A stretch of DNA of 45,455 nt, counting the filler, from Jimgerdemannia flammicorona (taxonomy: Eukaryota): assembly GCA_003990765.1 (NCBI GenBank). It is 2 parts of 2 records of this genome, joined end to end, with 100 filler letters (N's around TTAATTAATTAA, not from the genome) between each part and the next. Parts side by side here need not be neighbours in the genome. Positions count along the whole stretch, not along the records: positions 22,782 to 45,455 come from RBNJ01001229.1; 1 more part is not named here. One strand, written 5' to 3'. This document shows, in pieces, positions 45,328 to 45,455 of the stretch. Within the stretch, counting starts at the first letter, position 1, and every line of letters begins with the position of its first letter. A program made the position numbers and the translations under genes. The notes below the pieces were generated by a model. The model saw nothing but the letters and a program-made list of their open reading frames with translations, had not been told where the DNA came from and ran no database searches.

Positions 45328-45455
45328 TGAGGAGCTTTGTTGGTATCTTCAAGTTTCGACGCATCTCTTTGTTAGGGTCGTCGTCATGTTTTAAAAGAAA
45401 CAAATTTTTAAATGAGGAACTCGACCTCTTTTTAGCCCTTACGCATACAGAAAAA
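45328..45455. other. Unrelated CpG-retaining sequence abutting the broken LINE
   Basis: Six CpGs in ~128 bp against a CpG-depleted background. No match elsewhere in the window. Confidence 0.5.

Noticed and set aside
45372..45377. TTAGGG telomeric motif
   Set aside because: Single occurrence, expected by chance.

Overview
A eukaryotic, gene-free window made almost entirely of nested, decaying retrotransposons. It is probably from an early-diverging fungus, an inference from the element types and the CpG/CpA decay. An artificial 100-bp linker (44 N + TTAATTAATTAA + 44 N) sits at 22682-22781. The left part holds three heavily AT-decayed Ty1/copia copies, interrupted by two non-autonomous LTR elements with 4-bp TSDs. 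It also holds a ~10-kb full-length Ty3/gypsy with a tRNA-Pro PBS, gag, protease, dUTPase, RT, RNase H, integrase and an extra 3' ORF. The right part holds L1/Tx1-like LINEs (APE endonuclease + RT) and further gypsy remnants. The most unusual structure is an ~8.1-kb head-to-head palindromic dimer (25407-33543) of an endonuclease-less Penelope-like retroelement, inserted at one point of a LINE ORF2. Its centre is formed exactly at a 15-bp inverted repeat that the element carries in its own terminal repeat, and its RT appears to be reached by a -1 frameshift. Two LINE halves near the window ends (1388 and 45326) rejoin in frame, suggesting a ~44-kb inversion. All coordinates and alignments were read by eye; no searches were run.
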